This document shows, piece after piece, positions 1 through 9,908 of a stretch of 64,000 nucleotides of DNA. Positions within the stretch are counted from its first letter, which is position 1, and each line of letters opens with the position of its first letter. The stretch is from NCBI GenBank assembly GCA_000002435.2, contig CM018791.1, one strand, 5' to 3'. The notes under the pieces were generated by a model. That model was not told the origin of the DNA and made no database searches. It saw only the letters and a list, made by a program, of their open reading frames with translations. The DNA comes from Giardia intestinalis (Eukaryota). A program made the position numbers and the translations under genes.

Positions 1-1175
1 TTCTTCTTCTTAGCTTGTTTCTTCTTACCTTGATCATCTGGAGCCGGTTGTGCAGCTGACTGGTCTGTGCTACTATCCTTGACTGCAGTAGCATGACTAT
101 GTGCCAAAATCTGCTCGAGCTCATCTATTCTTAGCTGTTGCTGGGAGATCAAAGTAGCTGCTTTATCTAGCTCGGCTCTGCTGACTAGCTCGGCCTCCTG
201 ATCCTTCGTCTTTGGTCTACTTTTAGAAACTTTAGCCGCCTCGCCAGCAGCTTGCAGTTGAACCAAGAGGCTTTCATTTTCCTTGCTTTTTAAATCCAAA
301 TCGACTGTGAGCTTATTAAGCCTCGCCTTCAGGTCCAAGATCTCTTGCTCCATTAGTCCAGGATCTTTGTTGGATGACGTTAGCTCGGCACCCATAACGG
401 TTACTGTGTCTGAAAATGTTACGCTGTTACTGCGACCAGGCTCGTTGCGTCTGCCAACCGACCCTTTGCGTGAGGTAGATATGGAGCTCTTCCTAACATC
501 TAGAGACTCCGGTATCTGCTGTTCCTCTGTATGCTGTGCCTCACTTTTGGCCTCCTCAATGATACGCAGTTGCTCAGAAAACTTCTCGGTCGCCGCTATT
601 GCAGATCCATATTTCTGTAATAATTTCCAACACTCTCCGCAATCTATAAATATAATATTATTCATTACATTCTCTAAGAATTTTGCTATTTCTATTCGTC
701 CAAGGCGATGGGCCTCTTCTAGGACGGGGTATATCTGCTCTGGTGAGGGTTTGAAGTACAAGACAACGCACTGAACGCACTCTAAGGAATTTCCCTGCAG
801 CGCATGCTCTAAAAGCCCATATCCTTTCGCATCAGTTTCAAAATCTGAGTACCTTACCAACAGTATGGCCGAGGAGAGCGCCTTAGCAGAGAGAGCTACC
901 ATGAGAGGGGTTTCACCGTCTTTATTTTTCAGCTCTGCCTCATGCTCGGCTAAGTACTGTACAATGTCTACGTTGTTAGCTTGAGCTGCTATGTGTAACG
1001 CATAGTTTCCTAATGCATCGGGTTTCCTCTTCCACCTCTCCATATTCATCCTAACCCCAAAGGCGTCGCCCATACGCGCAGCCTTTATAAGAGGACTGTC
1101 CTCAATTTTCTGCTCTCCTCTGTATGGCCCGCGCGCTCTTCCAGAACGCCTCGGCGGTGAATCGTCAGCGTGCAT
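1..1175 (-). CDS. Ankyrin-repeat plus coiled-coil protein (Giardia Protein 21.1 / GASP-like family); partial, the C-terminal end runs off the window start
   Basis: Translating the minus strand by hand gives an uninterrupted frame from the ATG at 1175 (MHADDSPP..) to position 1. It is preceded by an in-frame TAA. Ankyrin repeats (SPLIKAARMGD.., GNYALHIAAQANNVDIVQYL.., DGETPLMVAL) are followed by a long heptad-like coiled coil (EQEILDLKARLNKLTVDLDLKSKENESLLVQLQ...). This ORF is absent from the ORF track only because it has no stop inside the window. Confidence 0.6.
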   Translation of the reverse strand, partial: MHADDSPPRRSGRARGPYRGEQKIEDSPLIKAARMGDAFGVRMNMERWKRKPDALGNYALHIAAQANNVDIVQYLAEHEAELKNKDGETPLMVALSAKALSSAILLVRYSDFETDAKGYGLLEHALQGNSLECVQCVVLYFKPSPEQIYPVLEEAHRLGRIEIAKFLENVMNNIIFIDCGECWKLLQKYGSAIAATEKFSEQLRIIEEAKSEAQHTEEQQIPESLDVRKSSISTSRKGSVGRRNEPGRSNSVTFSDTVTVMGAELTSSNKDPGLMEQEILDLKARLNKLTVDLDLKSKENESLLVQLQAAGEAAKVSKSRPKTKDQEAELVSRAELDKAATLISQQQLRIDELEQILAHSHATAVKDSSTDQSAAQPAPDDQGKKKQAKKK

Positions 1176-1255
1176 CAGTAAACGTGCTATTTTTAGAATT
1201 TAATCAACTAGCAGCAGCAGAAAGCGGGCGTTCTGGGAATAAGTTTACACTAAGA

Positions 1256-4200
1256 CTAATGGTATAACAACGATAGACCAGTGGTGCACAATAGGCGATA
1301 AAATATAAATCCTAAATCCTCAATCCGTTGAAAAATCAAGGAATAAACTGTTGGTTTAGACCCTTTTATAATGAACAACAATGTGTTATCTGTCAAAATG
1401 GGGGTGAACTCTATCTCATAAGGAAGCCTCTTCACGTCTTTACACGAATAGACCAGCCGCTTATTGTATTTGAACGAAAAGAGCTTGCCATTATAAGTAA
1501 CTATAGCCGATCCTTGCTTCAGAGAGCCGTCCTCCTTGCAGTCACAGTCTACCCTGTAAGCTTTATCCGCACACACCCTCCTCCACATGAGGAGAGAGAT
1601 GTCCTTGTCCGATGCCCCTATTATTGTTGCATCTATCAGCCTGTCAACCAGGTTGGTTGCTCCGAATGACCCATCGGCTCGCACAATGACCCTGAGACTT
1701 GAGCCCAGGTCAAACGGGGTCACGCGGTAGACGAAAAGCTGGCAATAATCAAGCAGCTTGACGGGATTGAGCTTTATGAGCCCGGACTCGAAGAACACTC
1801 CATCTGCATAGGAACGAACTATAAAGACACTCATCCCTTGGTCTATAGCACCGTACACTTCAAACCCTAAGACGTCACCAACGACGTATGCCTCCTTCGT
1901 TACCCTCAGGCCAGTCACGTTGTTCTTAAAGGCCATCTCATTCTCAAAAGCGCGCGCACCCTTAACCGTCTCACTTGCTGACGACCCTCGATAAGATGGT
2001 GTAAGAGTGTTAATGGAAAGCTCGTGCTCTATGCTGTTGCGAACGGGTTCTAGATTCACCGAAGTAGACTCCAGAGGCTGAGCCACATAACCCTTTCGCG
2101 AGTCCAGCAGCTGGCTAAAAGACTGCGAGACAGAATCCAGCGATCTGATATCTGTGTTGTTGCTTTCGTTGGATGGAGCAATGGTAGGTCCTGGCATTAT
2201 CGCTGGCTCAATCCCGGAACACTCTGATTCTCGTTCGTGTGGGCCTTTCTCCATATTCTGCAGCTTGGTGGGCTGTGAGGGAATGCAGACAGCATTTCTG
2301 TCACCCAGTTCCTCCGATTCAACAACCACCTCTGTGCTTTCCACTAGGTCACTGTACAGAGCAGCTGGGTTAATAGAAGTTATAGGTATCTCTATTTCTC
2401 GCACACAAGTTGGCAGATCAAGTGGTTGGGGAGAAATAGCGAGTTCCGGAATAGACTCAGAGGTGCTCAACTTGTCGGATACCCGAGAGGGCTCAGAAGG
2501 CTCGCTGTTGGTGATGTTAGCGCTCTGCCTACTGCTTCTGCGCCTTTCCGGCCGCTGAATGTAGATATCATGCGCTATGTTCTGTGTCATATCCATTACT
2601 TCCACGGTCGAGGACGTCATATGGTGAGTCCCTAGCCTACTCCGGTTCTGGTTGTTCTGATGGACAGCCGTGTTTGTCATGACAACTATGGGACTCAAAA
2701 TACCCTTAGATGTAAGGATGTGGTCTCTGGCGGAGTTGCTAACTAAATCCTGATAGGACATGGGCCTGGAGCTGTTCTGAACGTTGTCGTCTGCGTCTAG
2801 TGAACAGTTATCTATGCAGCTGCTGGGAAACTCAAATTGTATTCTATCTTGCTTAACCTTTACAGCCGTAGAACCAGTGTGATCAGCGGGTTCATGGAAG
2901 GTGGTGTAGGACTCAGTGTAGTTGCTCTCCTGGAGAACAAGGCTCTTCGGGACTTCTGACGCACGCGACTGGTCAATCCGTGAGAGACGCTGCCGCGAGG
3001 CGATAATGTTCTTGCCCACGTCTCCATCCTCGGAGACATCTAGACTATTAGTGTCTGTTTTGGAGTCGTTGTACGCATTGATCATTACCCTAGAGCCTCT
3101 AGATGCATGCGGGTGAATGGCATTTAGCACAGTTGCTGGCTGCGAGATTTCTAACTTGATTCGGGATGAGTGTGGATCTGCGGCTGCGCTCGGTGCATTC
3201 TGGGCATCGAACTTTCCTGAACTCACTGCCAGCCGAAGCTGGTGGGCGATTTGCTCTAGGGCGTCTCGATTTTGATCGTCAGAAAACCGAGCTGACTTTT
3301 TGCCTGGATTCAAGGCAGCAGCCGGCGCAACATCTCCACCCCGGTGTTCCATATTCTGCCAAAGAGGTGATTGTGCCCCCGTCCGGTCAAAGTAGCCACC
3401 TCTAAAGGGAACTTTTTGGGAGGTAAATTCAGAGGTATGAGCTACCTTTGGCCCGTGGCTGTCATCATAATTGCAATATTCCTTATTTAAATTATGTGGT
3501 GGCGTAAAGGAACGAGGGTTCGTCCCTCTGGTCTCATGCCTCGACGAAGTAGAGCGGGCGCGTGGCGTCCTGGAAGAATTACGGCGCATGCTGTTAACAT
3601 AGAACTCTGCTCGGAGCGTCTTTTTCAACAAGGGGACTGCTGACATCGCGCTCTGATTATCCGAATACCGCTCTGCATCGTTGATGGGCACCGGATAAAG
3701 CAGTACTTCGCATACAATGAGAATAGACCCATATAGACGATACTGCTCTATAATAGAGCTCCTCAGATCAAAGACGCGGTCATTGTCGAACTCGGGAATG
3801 TATACTCTTTCGTTATCATCGAGTTCTTGGTACCAGTAAATTTCTAAATCAATTGGCACCAGAGACACTATGTTAAGCAGCGCATGTGAGGTATCGACCT
3901 TTTCCAATGCGCAGGTCTTGATGATCTGTTCCTCCTCGACGATAATCCGTGTGGATAGAAGGACAAACTTCTCTCCTATAACTCCATGATAGCTCACAGG
4001 GACTATCTCTGTTCTGAGAAACATATTTGCGTCGCAAAGTGCGGGCAAATACTCGCAAATGGAAGGCTGATCTGTCACACTGCCTTGTTTTATCTGCTCT
4101 AGCACACACGAGCAGGCGTCCGGCACAGCAGAGCATAGACACTGATCTTCAGAGTCATCGGAGATGCAGCTTTCTGAGACTGTGTTGTTCATGTACAGGT

Positions 4201-5989
4201 TCTGGCAAGTGCTGCACACACTCGCGCACCTGTACCATGTCACGGTGGTGTCACCCTCCTCTCCACCTGAATAGCTGTACCTTAGATTGATTAGCTTGCC
4301 GACTTGGAGGTTTTTGGACGCTAGCAAGAAGTTTGCAGAGCGTATGGTGGGCCGACAGGAGATAATTGGAGGAGAGGCTATGTGCATTTCGAGCTGGACA
4401 GATCTTATGTTTGTCATCATTGTCTTTGTGCCAAAGTTATCCTGCAAGATAGACATGAGGATATTCTGGTGCTTGCTCTGCTCCAATTGCGTTCCAGCAT
4501 GACGGTACACGTTCCCTGCTGCCCGTTGTGCTTGTGAGGTTCTTTCCTCTACTCTTATGAATGCGATGACATAAGTATTGGAAAGGAGTGAAGCCGGTAA
4601 TACAAAGTCAAAGCTGTAAGAAACCAGTGAGGAGCCATCAGTACCCATATATCCTCCATGCGTAGCAGCGTACGAGCCTGGCCTGGACAGCCTAGAGATA
4701 GACGATGACCTGGTTACATGGCTATCTTCGTCTCTCCCCGCTCCAGAGTCGATTCGCTTGTGTACCCCATGAATCAGCTGTGGAGGGCAGCCAAAGCAGG
4801 TGTGATAGAAAAGGACCTCGACAAGCTTATACTTAGAAGACAGTAGCACAACATGAAAAAAGCACTGACTATTCTCGATATATACTCCTTGAGAGCTATC
4901 ACTGACACTCCCTTCTGGTTGCACAAACCCTGCTCTGAGAATAGGAAGGACAATCCCCTGTTTGTGGAGGAAGCGGGAACAATAGGTCTTAAATTGTAGT
5001 GAGCTAATGGAGCTGTTTGGGCGCTGTAAGTACTCGACGCCCTCATCAGAAATCCACGCTGACAGACCGTGAAGCACCCTGTACGGAAGAGTGCTATCCA
5101 CCTCTGCAAGGAAAAGGTCTTCTGTGACCATCCGTTGCTCTAATAGCTTGTGTGAGCCTAGCATGGCATTGGATTCGAAGGGCCTCGGGGCTGCATCTCC
5201 TCCCGCAAGAAGATGCCTTCCTGTTTTGAGGCTTATCCAGCTGGAGTATCTTGTCATGATATCAAGTGTGCTCATTGAGTTGACGCTGTTTATTCGTCTC
5301 TCTTGAAAAAACAGGGACATAATCGACATTGCTGTACAAAGGCTATCATCACAGACTGCCAGCAAGGTATCGGAATCGTCTGTCTCCCCGTCTGCGGTTT
5401 CCCCCAGCAATGGGGAAGGAAGGATGCTCTCTAGATTGTTTCCAACAGCACTAAAGATCTCTAGATTCTTCAGTTTTGCAAAGGGAAATTGGATAAAATT
5501 CTCCAATCTGTTATAGTTCAAGCTGAGAAAGGTCAGCTTCGGGGCATCTGGAAAGTGTGCCCATGAGGAGATAAGATTGCCATCTAGATGAAGGGAAATC
5601 ACATTGGGAAGAAGGGGCAACTCAGCAAAGTTCTTGAGCTTTGAAGCTGTTATAGAGAGATGCTGTACTCGCTGGAATGGCTTGAGGAGCGTGACTAGAG
5701 AGGCAAATTCGCAATCTAGCATGTACAGTGACTTAATCTTAGTGCAGGAGCTAGCCTGGAGTACAGCACGGACAAACTCCCGAGTCAGTGTCTCCGTGAA
5801 CCCTATAGACTTAATAAACAGGGTCACAGTGGTCGGCGGTATGTTCATCAAGGCATCGCGATCAGCGTCGACCTTGTGGAGTTTCTGGGTTGTGGGAAGA
5901 GACTCTATCATGGAAATAGTTTCAGTGAAGCTTTGCGGGGCGAAGAGAGAGACTCTTGTGTGGTGTGGGGCCTCTCCATTCATTATCAT
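1256..5989 (-). CDS. Large hypothetical protein (about 1577 aa) with N-terminal leucine-rich repeats and a Cys-rich central segment
   Basis: Long ORF 1256..6010 in the track. The track start is TTG; the first ATG (MIMNGEAPHH) is at 5989, with an AT-rich upstream sequence (AAAAATTACACACTGATG). LRR-like segments (LSLNYNRLENFIQFPFAKLKNLEIFSAVGNNLESI) are present. No catalytic motif recognised. Confidence 0.55.
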   Translation of the reverse strand: MIMNGEAPHHTRVSLFAPQSFTETISMIESLPTTQKLHKVDADRDALMNIPPTTVTLFIKSIGFTETLTREFVRAVLQASSCTKIKSLYMLDCEFASLVTLLKPFQRVQHLSITASKLKNFAELPLLPNVISLHLDGNLISSWAHFPDAPKLTFLSLNYNRLENFIQFPFAKLKNLEIFSAVGNNLESILPSPLLGETADGETDDSDTLLAVCDDSLCTAMSIMSLFFQERRINSVNSMSTLDIMTRYSSWISLKTGRHLLAGGDAAPRPFESNAMLGSHKLLEQRMVTEDLFLAEVDSTLPYRVLHGLSAWISDEGVEYLQRPNSSISSLQFKTYCSRFLHKQGIVLPILRAGFVQPEGSVSDSSQGVYIENSQCFFHVVLLSSKYKLVEVLFYHTCFGCPPQLIHGVHKRIDSGAGRDEDSHVTRSSSISRLSRPGSYAATHGGYMGTDGSSLVSYSFDFVLPASLLSNTYVIAFIRVEERTSQAQRAAGNVYRHAGTQLEQSKHQNILMSILQDNFGTKTMMTNIRSVQLEMHIASPPIISCRPTIRSANFLLASKNLQVGKLINLRYSYSGGEEGDTTVTWYRCASVCSTCQNLYMNNTVSESCISDDSEDQCLCSAVPDACSCVLEQIKQGSVTDQPSICEYLPALCDANMFLRTEIVPVSYHGVIGEKFVLLSTRIIVEEEQIIKTCALEKVDTSHALLNIVSLVPIDLEIYWYQELDDNERVYIPEFDNDRVFDLRSSIIEQYRLYGSILIVCEVLLYPVPINDAERYSDNQSAMSAVPLLKKTLRAEFYVNSMRRNSSRTPRARSTSSRHETRGTNPRSFTPPHNLNKEYCNYDDSHGPKVAHTSEFTSQKVPFRGGYFDRTGAQSPLWQNMEHRGGDVAPAAALNPGKKSARFSDDQNRDALEQIAHQLRLAVSSGKFDAQNAPSAAADPHSSRIKLEISQPATVLNAIHPHASRGSRVMINAYNDSKTDTNSLDVSEDGDVGKNIIASRQRLSRIDQSRASEVPKSLVLQESNYTESYTTFHEPADHTGSTAVKVKQDRIQFEFPSSCIDNCSLDADDNVQNSSRPMSYQDLVSNSARDHILTSKGILSPIVVMTNTAVHQNNQNRSRLGTHHMTSSTVEVMDMTQNIAHDIYIQRPERRRSSRQSANITNSEPSEPSRVSDKLSTSESIPELAISPQPLDLPTCVREIEIPITSINPAALYSDLVESTEVVVESEELGDRNAVCIPSQPTKLQNMEKGPHERESECSGIEPAIMPGPTIAPSNESNNTDIRSLDSVSQSFSQLLDSRKGYVAQPLESTSVNLEPVRNSIEHELSINTLTPSYRGSSASETVKGARAFENEMAFKNNVTGLRVTKEAYVVGDVLGFEVYGAIDQGMSVFIVRSYADGVFFESGLIKLNPVKLLDYCQLFVYRVTPFDLGSSLRVIVRADGSFGATNLVDRLIDATIIGASDKDISLLMWRRVCADKAYRVDCDCKEDGSLKQGSAIVTYNGKLFSFKYNKRLVYSCKDVKRLPYEIEFTPILTDNTLLFIIKGSKPTVYSLIFQRIEDLGFIFYRLLCTTGLSLLYH

Positions 5990-6113
5990 CAGTGTGTAAT
6001 TTTTGCACAATTTGGCTCTTTTGTGAGATATTAAGTGATAAAAGTTTCCTTTTTTAAGATCAAATTCTGAACTAAAGGATACAGATTCTGAGCAAAAATT
6101 AGCAGGCTTTAAA

Positions 6114-7244
6114 ATGAGCGATCCGACTATCCATGACGCTTACGACTTCGTGGCCATCTGCGGCGCAGGATCCTTTGGGAAGGTACACAAGGTGCGCTCA
6201 AAGGAGGATGGCCAGATTTACGCATGCAAGGAGATTAACTATGCTAAGATGAGCTCCAAGGAGAAGGAACTTCTGGTTTCCGAGGTCAACCTACTTCGCA
6301 AACTAAATCACCCCAACATCGTCAAGTACATCCGCAGGTACCAGGACAAGGCGGCTACCCTAATCTACATAGTGATGGATTACTGCAGTAAAGGCGACCT
6401 GTCCGACTACGTCAAGATGCACAAGAAGACAAACCAGTATATTTCGGAAGACAAGATCTGGTCTATCTTCGCCCAGCTTCTGATAGCCCTTGATTACTGC
6501 CACTCTCCAAACAAGCCCGATAGCTCTGGGGTTGGCAGGGTCATCCACCGTGATCTCAAGACGGCCAACGTCTTTCTTTGCGAAGACGGGTCAATCAAGC
6601 TGGGGGATTTCGGGCTCTGCCGCGTTCTGGAGCAGAGCACCATGGCGAAGACAAACGTCGGCACACCCCTTTACATGGCGCCAGAGCTTTTGGAAAACAA
6701 GTCGTACACAGAGAAGGTTGACATTTGGTCATTAGGCTGTATCATCTACGAGCTCTGCGCCCTCCAGCCCCCTTATGTAGCTACGTCTCTCGACTCCCTG
6801 AAGGCAAAGGTGAAGCGTGGGGTGCGCCCCTTCGTGCCCAACCACTTTAGCCCTGACCTGCGAAGGATTATTGACATGATGCTCATCAAGGAGCCCGAGA
6901 AAAGGCCATCCACCACCGAACTGATTCAACTGCCTGTCATAGCAAAGCTTTTACAGGGCTTGGCATACGATCCCGCCAGAAACTGTCGAGGTCTTCAGCG
7001 GGTCGAGCAGATGACCCCCGTGGACCGTGCTATGGGCGGAAACCTCCGTGCTCCTTCCCGCGGAATGGCTCCACCACCATCTGCAGGCTACAAACCAGTG
7101 AATGGCAGGTATAGTGATGGTGATTTGGATGCGTGGGAAGATCGTCTGAAGGAGCGGGAGGCAGCACTGGCCAATTGGGAGGATGCCATATCTGAGAAGG
7201 AAACGAATCTGAAAGAGCGTCTTGCTAAGGCCGGTTTGAGGTAG
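6114..7244 (+). CDS. Serine/threonine protein kinase, NEK family, predicted active
   Basis: Gly-loop CGAGSFGKV, catalytic Lys in YACKEI, HRDLKTANVFL catalytic loop, DFG (KLGDFGLC), GTPLYMAPE, DIWSLGCIIYEL, and a C-terminal coiled coil. AT-rich initiator (GCTTTAAAATG) abuts the ATG. Confidence 0.8.
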   Translation: MSDPTIHDAYDFVAICGAGSFGKVHKVRSKEDGQIYACKEINYAKMSSKEKELLVSEVNLLRKLNHPNIVKYIRRYQDKAATLIYIVMDYCSKGDLSDYVKMHKKTNQYISEDKIWSIFAQLLIALDYCHSPNKPDSSGVGRVIHRDLKTANVFLCEDGSIKLGDFGLCRVLEQSTMAKTNVGTPLYMAPELLENKSYTEKVDIWSLGCIIYELCALQPPYVATSLDSLKAKVKRGVRPFVPNHFSPDLRRIIDMMLIKEPEKRPSTTELIQLPVIAKLLQGLAYDPARNCRGLQRVEQMTPVDRAMGGNLRAPSRGMAPPPSAGYKPVNGRYSDGDLDAWEDRLKEREAALANWEDAISEKETNLKERLAKAGLR

Positions 7245-7330
7245 GCGGCTGATTCTTTGTCACTGGGGCATGTTCTTCTTTGTCTGTCGTCAGGACAGAA
7301 TTCAACAGTGCAGTGAATTAAAAAACTTAA

Positions 7331-9772
7331 ATGCTGAGACCATGCGAAGGGCATGTGGCCTCCACTGAGTGCGCGTACTGCTTCTTGAACAGGTACAATA
7401 GCCAGGGGCTCTACCTCTGCATGCACTGCAACTTCTGCGCCTGCCTGGATCACGTTAACATTCATCAGGAAAAGACCGGTCATGTGCACTATTTACATAT
7501 CCTTTATACCCTCAAGAACAAAGAGGGGAACATAACTGCACGTGATAGGGTGGACATGCTGCTTAACAACAAGAACGAAGAGATTGTTAATCTTGAGACG
7601 AAGATTTATCAGTTTCCCGGTAGACAGGCTGTGCTATCTGTCCCCGACGAAATGATGGACTGCTACCTTTTCTTACTTGATGGCGAGGACGACCCTGACA
7701 GAACGTTGCTTAAAAAGAAGCCAGGCGCGTCTCTATCATCCCTATCCGACCACGCCCAGGTCTACGATCAACTAGCTTCTTCATGCGAGCATGTGATTGA
7801 GATACTTACCTCTCAACCGCCTGCGTATAGAGCTCACCACAACTGCTTCTCATCATGTGCAAGTTGTGACGTGTCAAACAACCTTTGGCTCTGCCTGTAC
7901 TGTGGCCACGTTGGCTGTGGGCGCGCTCAGGCATATAGTGAGCTGGGCGGGAACGGCCATGCTCTTGCACACTATGAGTCGAACTGCGATCATTGCGTGG
8001 CTCTAAAACTCTCATCTCTCAGTGCATCTGTTTGTGAAGCATACTGTTACAACTGTGATGTATCTATCGATTCAATCTTTACTGTGCCAGACATGAGATC
8101 TATGCTGCAAAGCTATCTAGAGTGCACATATGGTCACGATGTTGCTGATTTAATGAATCGTACAGATGGGGCCTGTCTGTCTCTTCAGCAGCAAACGGAG
8201 AGGGTAGACGAGTTGATAGATAGATATGGGCTTGCAAAAAGTATGCAGAGTTCTCAGATCTCGCTGTTGGGCGTGCTCTCTGGCTTTAGAAATACCGGCA
8301 ACACGTGTTATGCTAGTGCTGTCGTTTCATGTCTTAGAGCGGCAGGTGTCTTTCCCAGACGGACCAAGGAGCTCGAGATTGAGGCGCTCAATCACTATCA
8401 CACGTGCAGTTTGTTAGATCCCATCGACTGCTCCATCTGCCAACTGTATAGGCTATACGTTTGGGGATTTCGCACAATAAACTACAGTGCCACAGATCTC
8501 CTGGCCCATGGATACCTGGAGAATGACCTGCCATACTTTATCATGTATTCAGACCCCCACATCACTCCTTTGATCAGATTGCTTACGCCATACTTTGCCA
8601 CTGACGAAAATGTTGGGTTTCAGCACGATTCAGCTGATTACCTCAACAATCTATTAGACTTTTTCGACCACCATAGACCTGATCTAGTTAGAAAGGTGAC
8701 TCTCCCCGCGATGAGGCGTGAACTAAGGTGTGCATCGTGCATGGGACACGTTTACAAGCCAGAAAATCAGCACGAATGGGGGATCTCCTTGACATGCTCT
8801 CTCTTCGACACCGTTACAGAATGCGAAGTGGGAGCAGAGGTGTCGATGCAGAGCTCTCTTAGAAGCGAGATAGGGGGCTATGCTAGTACGATAGATGGAT
8901 TGCGCTGCCCTCTGTGCTCAGCCATCAACGTATGTGGCGAGGTGCCGAAGCTATTGCTGTCATCGTCATATCTCGCCAAGACCGAGAGCGCCTTTCCAGA
9001 AATACTGATCGTAAAAGCAATTAGGCAGTATTTTGATGTATCAAGGATGCGGTCATATAAACTTTTGACTAGATTGATAGACACTGACAAAATCAAAATC
9101 AATTTCTTAGTTAGTACACATACAGAAGAAGACGAAGAGAAGTGCAACACCGAAGCGTGGAGACAAGCCCTGGTGGCCATGGAATCGGGAGCCATGATCC
9201 CAGGTGTTCAGCAGAACCAACGTACAAATGTGGATGAACAACTGAGTGCCATGATGGACATGATGGTCGCAGACAGAAAGACATGTATGAAGGCTCTGAG
9301 ACAGTGCAACGGGGATATAAGATTGGCAGTGGATGCAATACTCAACAACGAAGTGGCAGATGATGATCAGCACGATGCACATCACGAACTTCCCCTTCCT
9401 CAGGCTCCAGCACCTGCGATTGCGAAAGAGAGAATTGCAGAGGCAGTGCACAATCTTCGTCAAGAACAAGAGATAGACTCAGCAATGAACGCAGCAGGTG
9501 TGTCCTATGCAGAAAGAGATGCGATGAACCTTACATACAAATTGGTGGCCTTTGTGCTACACCGGGGAACAGAGCTCGACAGTGGGCACTATCTCGCCTA
9601 CGTGCGAGCCAGCTTATTTTCGGAGGAGGATCTTAGCGAGATGCAGGTGCGTGAGCTTGTCAACAGAGACCAAGATTGGATGGTTTTCAACGACGAAGAG
9701 GTCACTCTTACACAGGATCCCCCGGTGCAAATGGCATACATATATTTCTATAAGAGGATGGCTAAGTGCTAA
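7331..9772 (+). CDS. Ubiquitin carboxyl-terminal hydrolase, USP5/isopeptidase-T-like (2x zf-UBP, UCH catalytic core, UBA-like domain)
   Basis: Two zf-UBP-like Cys/His clusters (CAYCFLNRYNSQGLYLCMHCNFCACLDHVNIH; CASCDVSNNLWLCLYCGHVGCGRAQ..). UCH Cys box GFRNTGNTCYASAVVSCL and His box YKLVAFVLHRGTELDSGHYLAYVR. UBA-like segment (MKALRQCNGDIRLAVDAILNN). Initiator AAAAACTTAAATG. Confidence 0.85.
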   Translation: MLRPCEGHVASTECAYCFLNRYNSQGLYLCMHCNFCACLDHVNIHQEKTGHVHYLHILYTLKNKEGNITARDRVDMLLNNKNEEIVNLETKIYQFPGRQAVLSVPDEMMDCYLFLLDGEDDPDRTLLKKKPGASLSSLSDHAQVYDQLASSCEHVIEILTSQPPAYRAHHNCFSSCASCDVSNNLWLCLYCGHVGCGRAQAYSELGGNGHALAHYESNCDHCVALKLSSLSASVCEAYCYNCDVSIDSIFTVPDMRSMLQSYLECTYGHDVADLMNRTDGACLSLQQQTERVDELIDRYGLAKSMQSSQISLLGVLSGFRNTGNTCYASAVVSCLRAAGVFPRRTKELEIEALNHYHTCSLLDPIDCSICQLYRLYVWGFRTINYSATDLLAHGYLENDLPYFIMYSDPHITPLIRLLTPYFATDENVGFQHDSADYLNNLLDFFDHHRPDLVRKVTLPAMRRELRCASCMGHVYKPENQHEWGISLTCSLFDTVTECEVGAEVSMQSSLRSEIGGYASTIDGLRCPLCSAINVCGEVPKLLLSSSYLAKTESAFPEILIVKAIRQYFDVSRMRSYKLLTRLIDTDKIKINFLVSTHTEEDEEKCNTEAWRQALVAMESGAMIPGVQQNQRTNVDEQLSAMMDMMVADRKTCMKALRQCNGDIRLAVDAILNNEVADDDQHDAHHELPLPQAPAPAIAKERIAEAVHNLRQEQEIDSAMNAAGVSYAERDAMNLTYKLVAFVLHRGTELDSGHYLAYVRASLFSEEDLSEMQVRELVNRDQDWMVFNDEEVTLTQDPPVQMAYIYFYKRMAKC

Positions 9773-9908
9773 TCTACGTGACGCAAATCCCTTGGGCACA
9801 CTTTCGCCCACTTCGGATTCGGTCCCGGGCTCAGTTCCGCGCTCACCTGTAAATTCCTTTTAATGTTTTTGCAATACGTCCCAGGGGGGATAAATATACT
9901 CTGGACCC

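Noticed and set aside
283-774. 163-aa plus-strand ORF starting with TTG
   Set aside because: It lies entirely antisense to the much longer, motif-rich ankyrin/coiled-coil ORF that I translated from 1175 down to 1. It has no features of its own.
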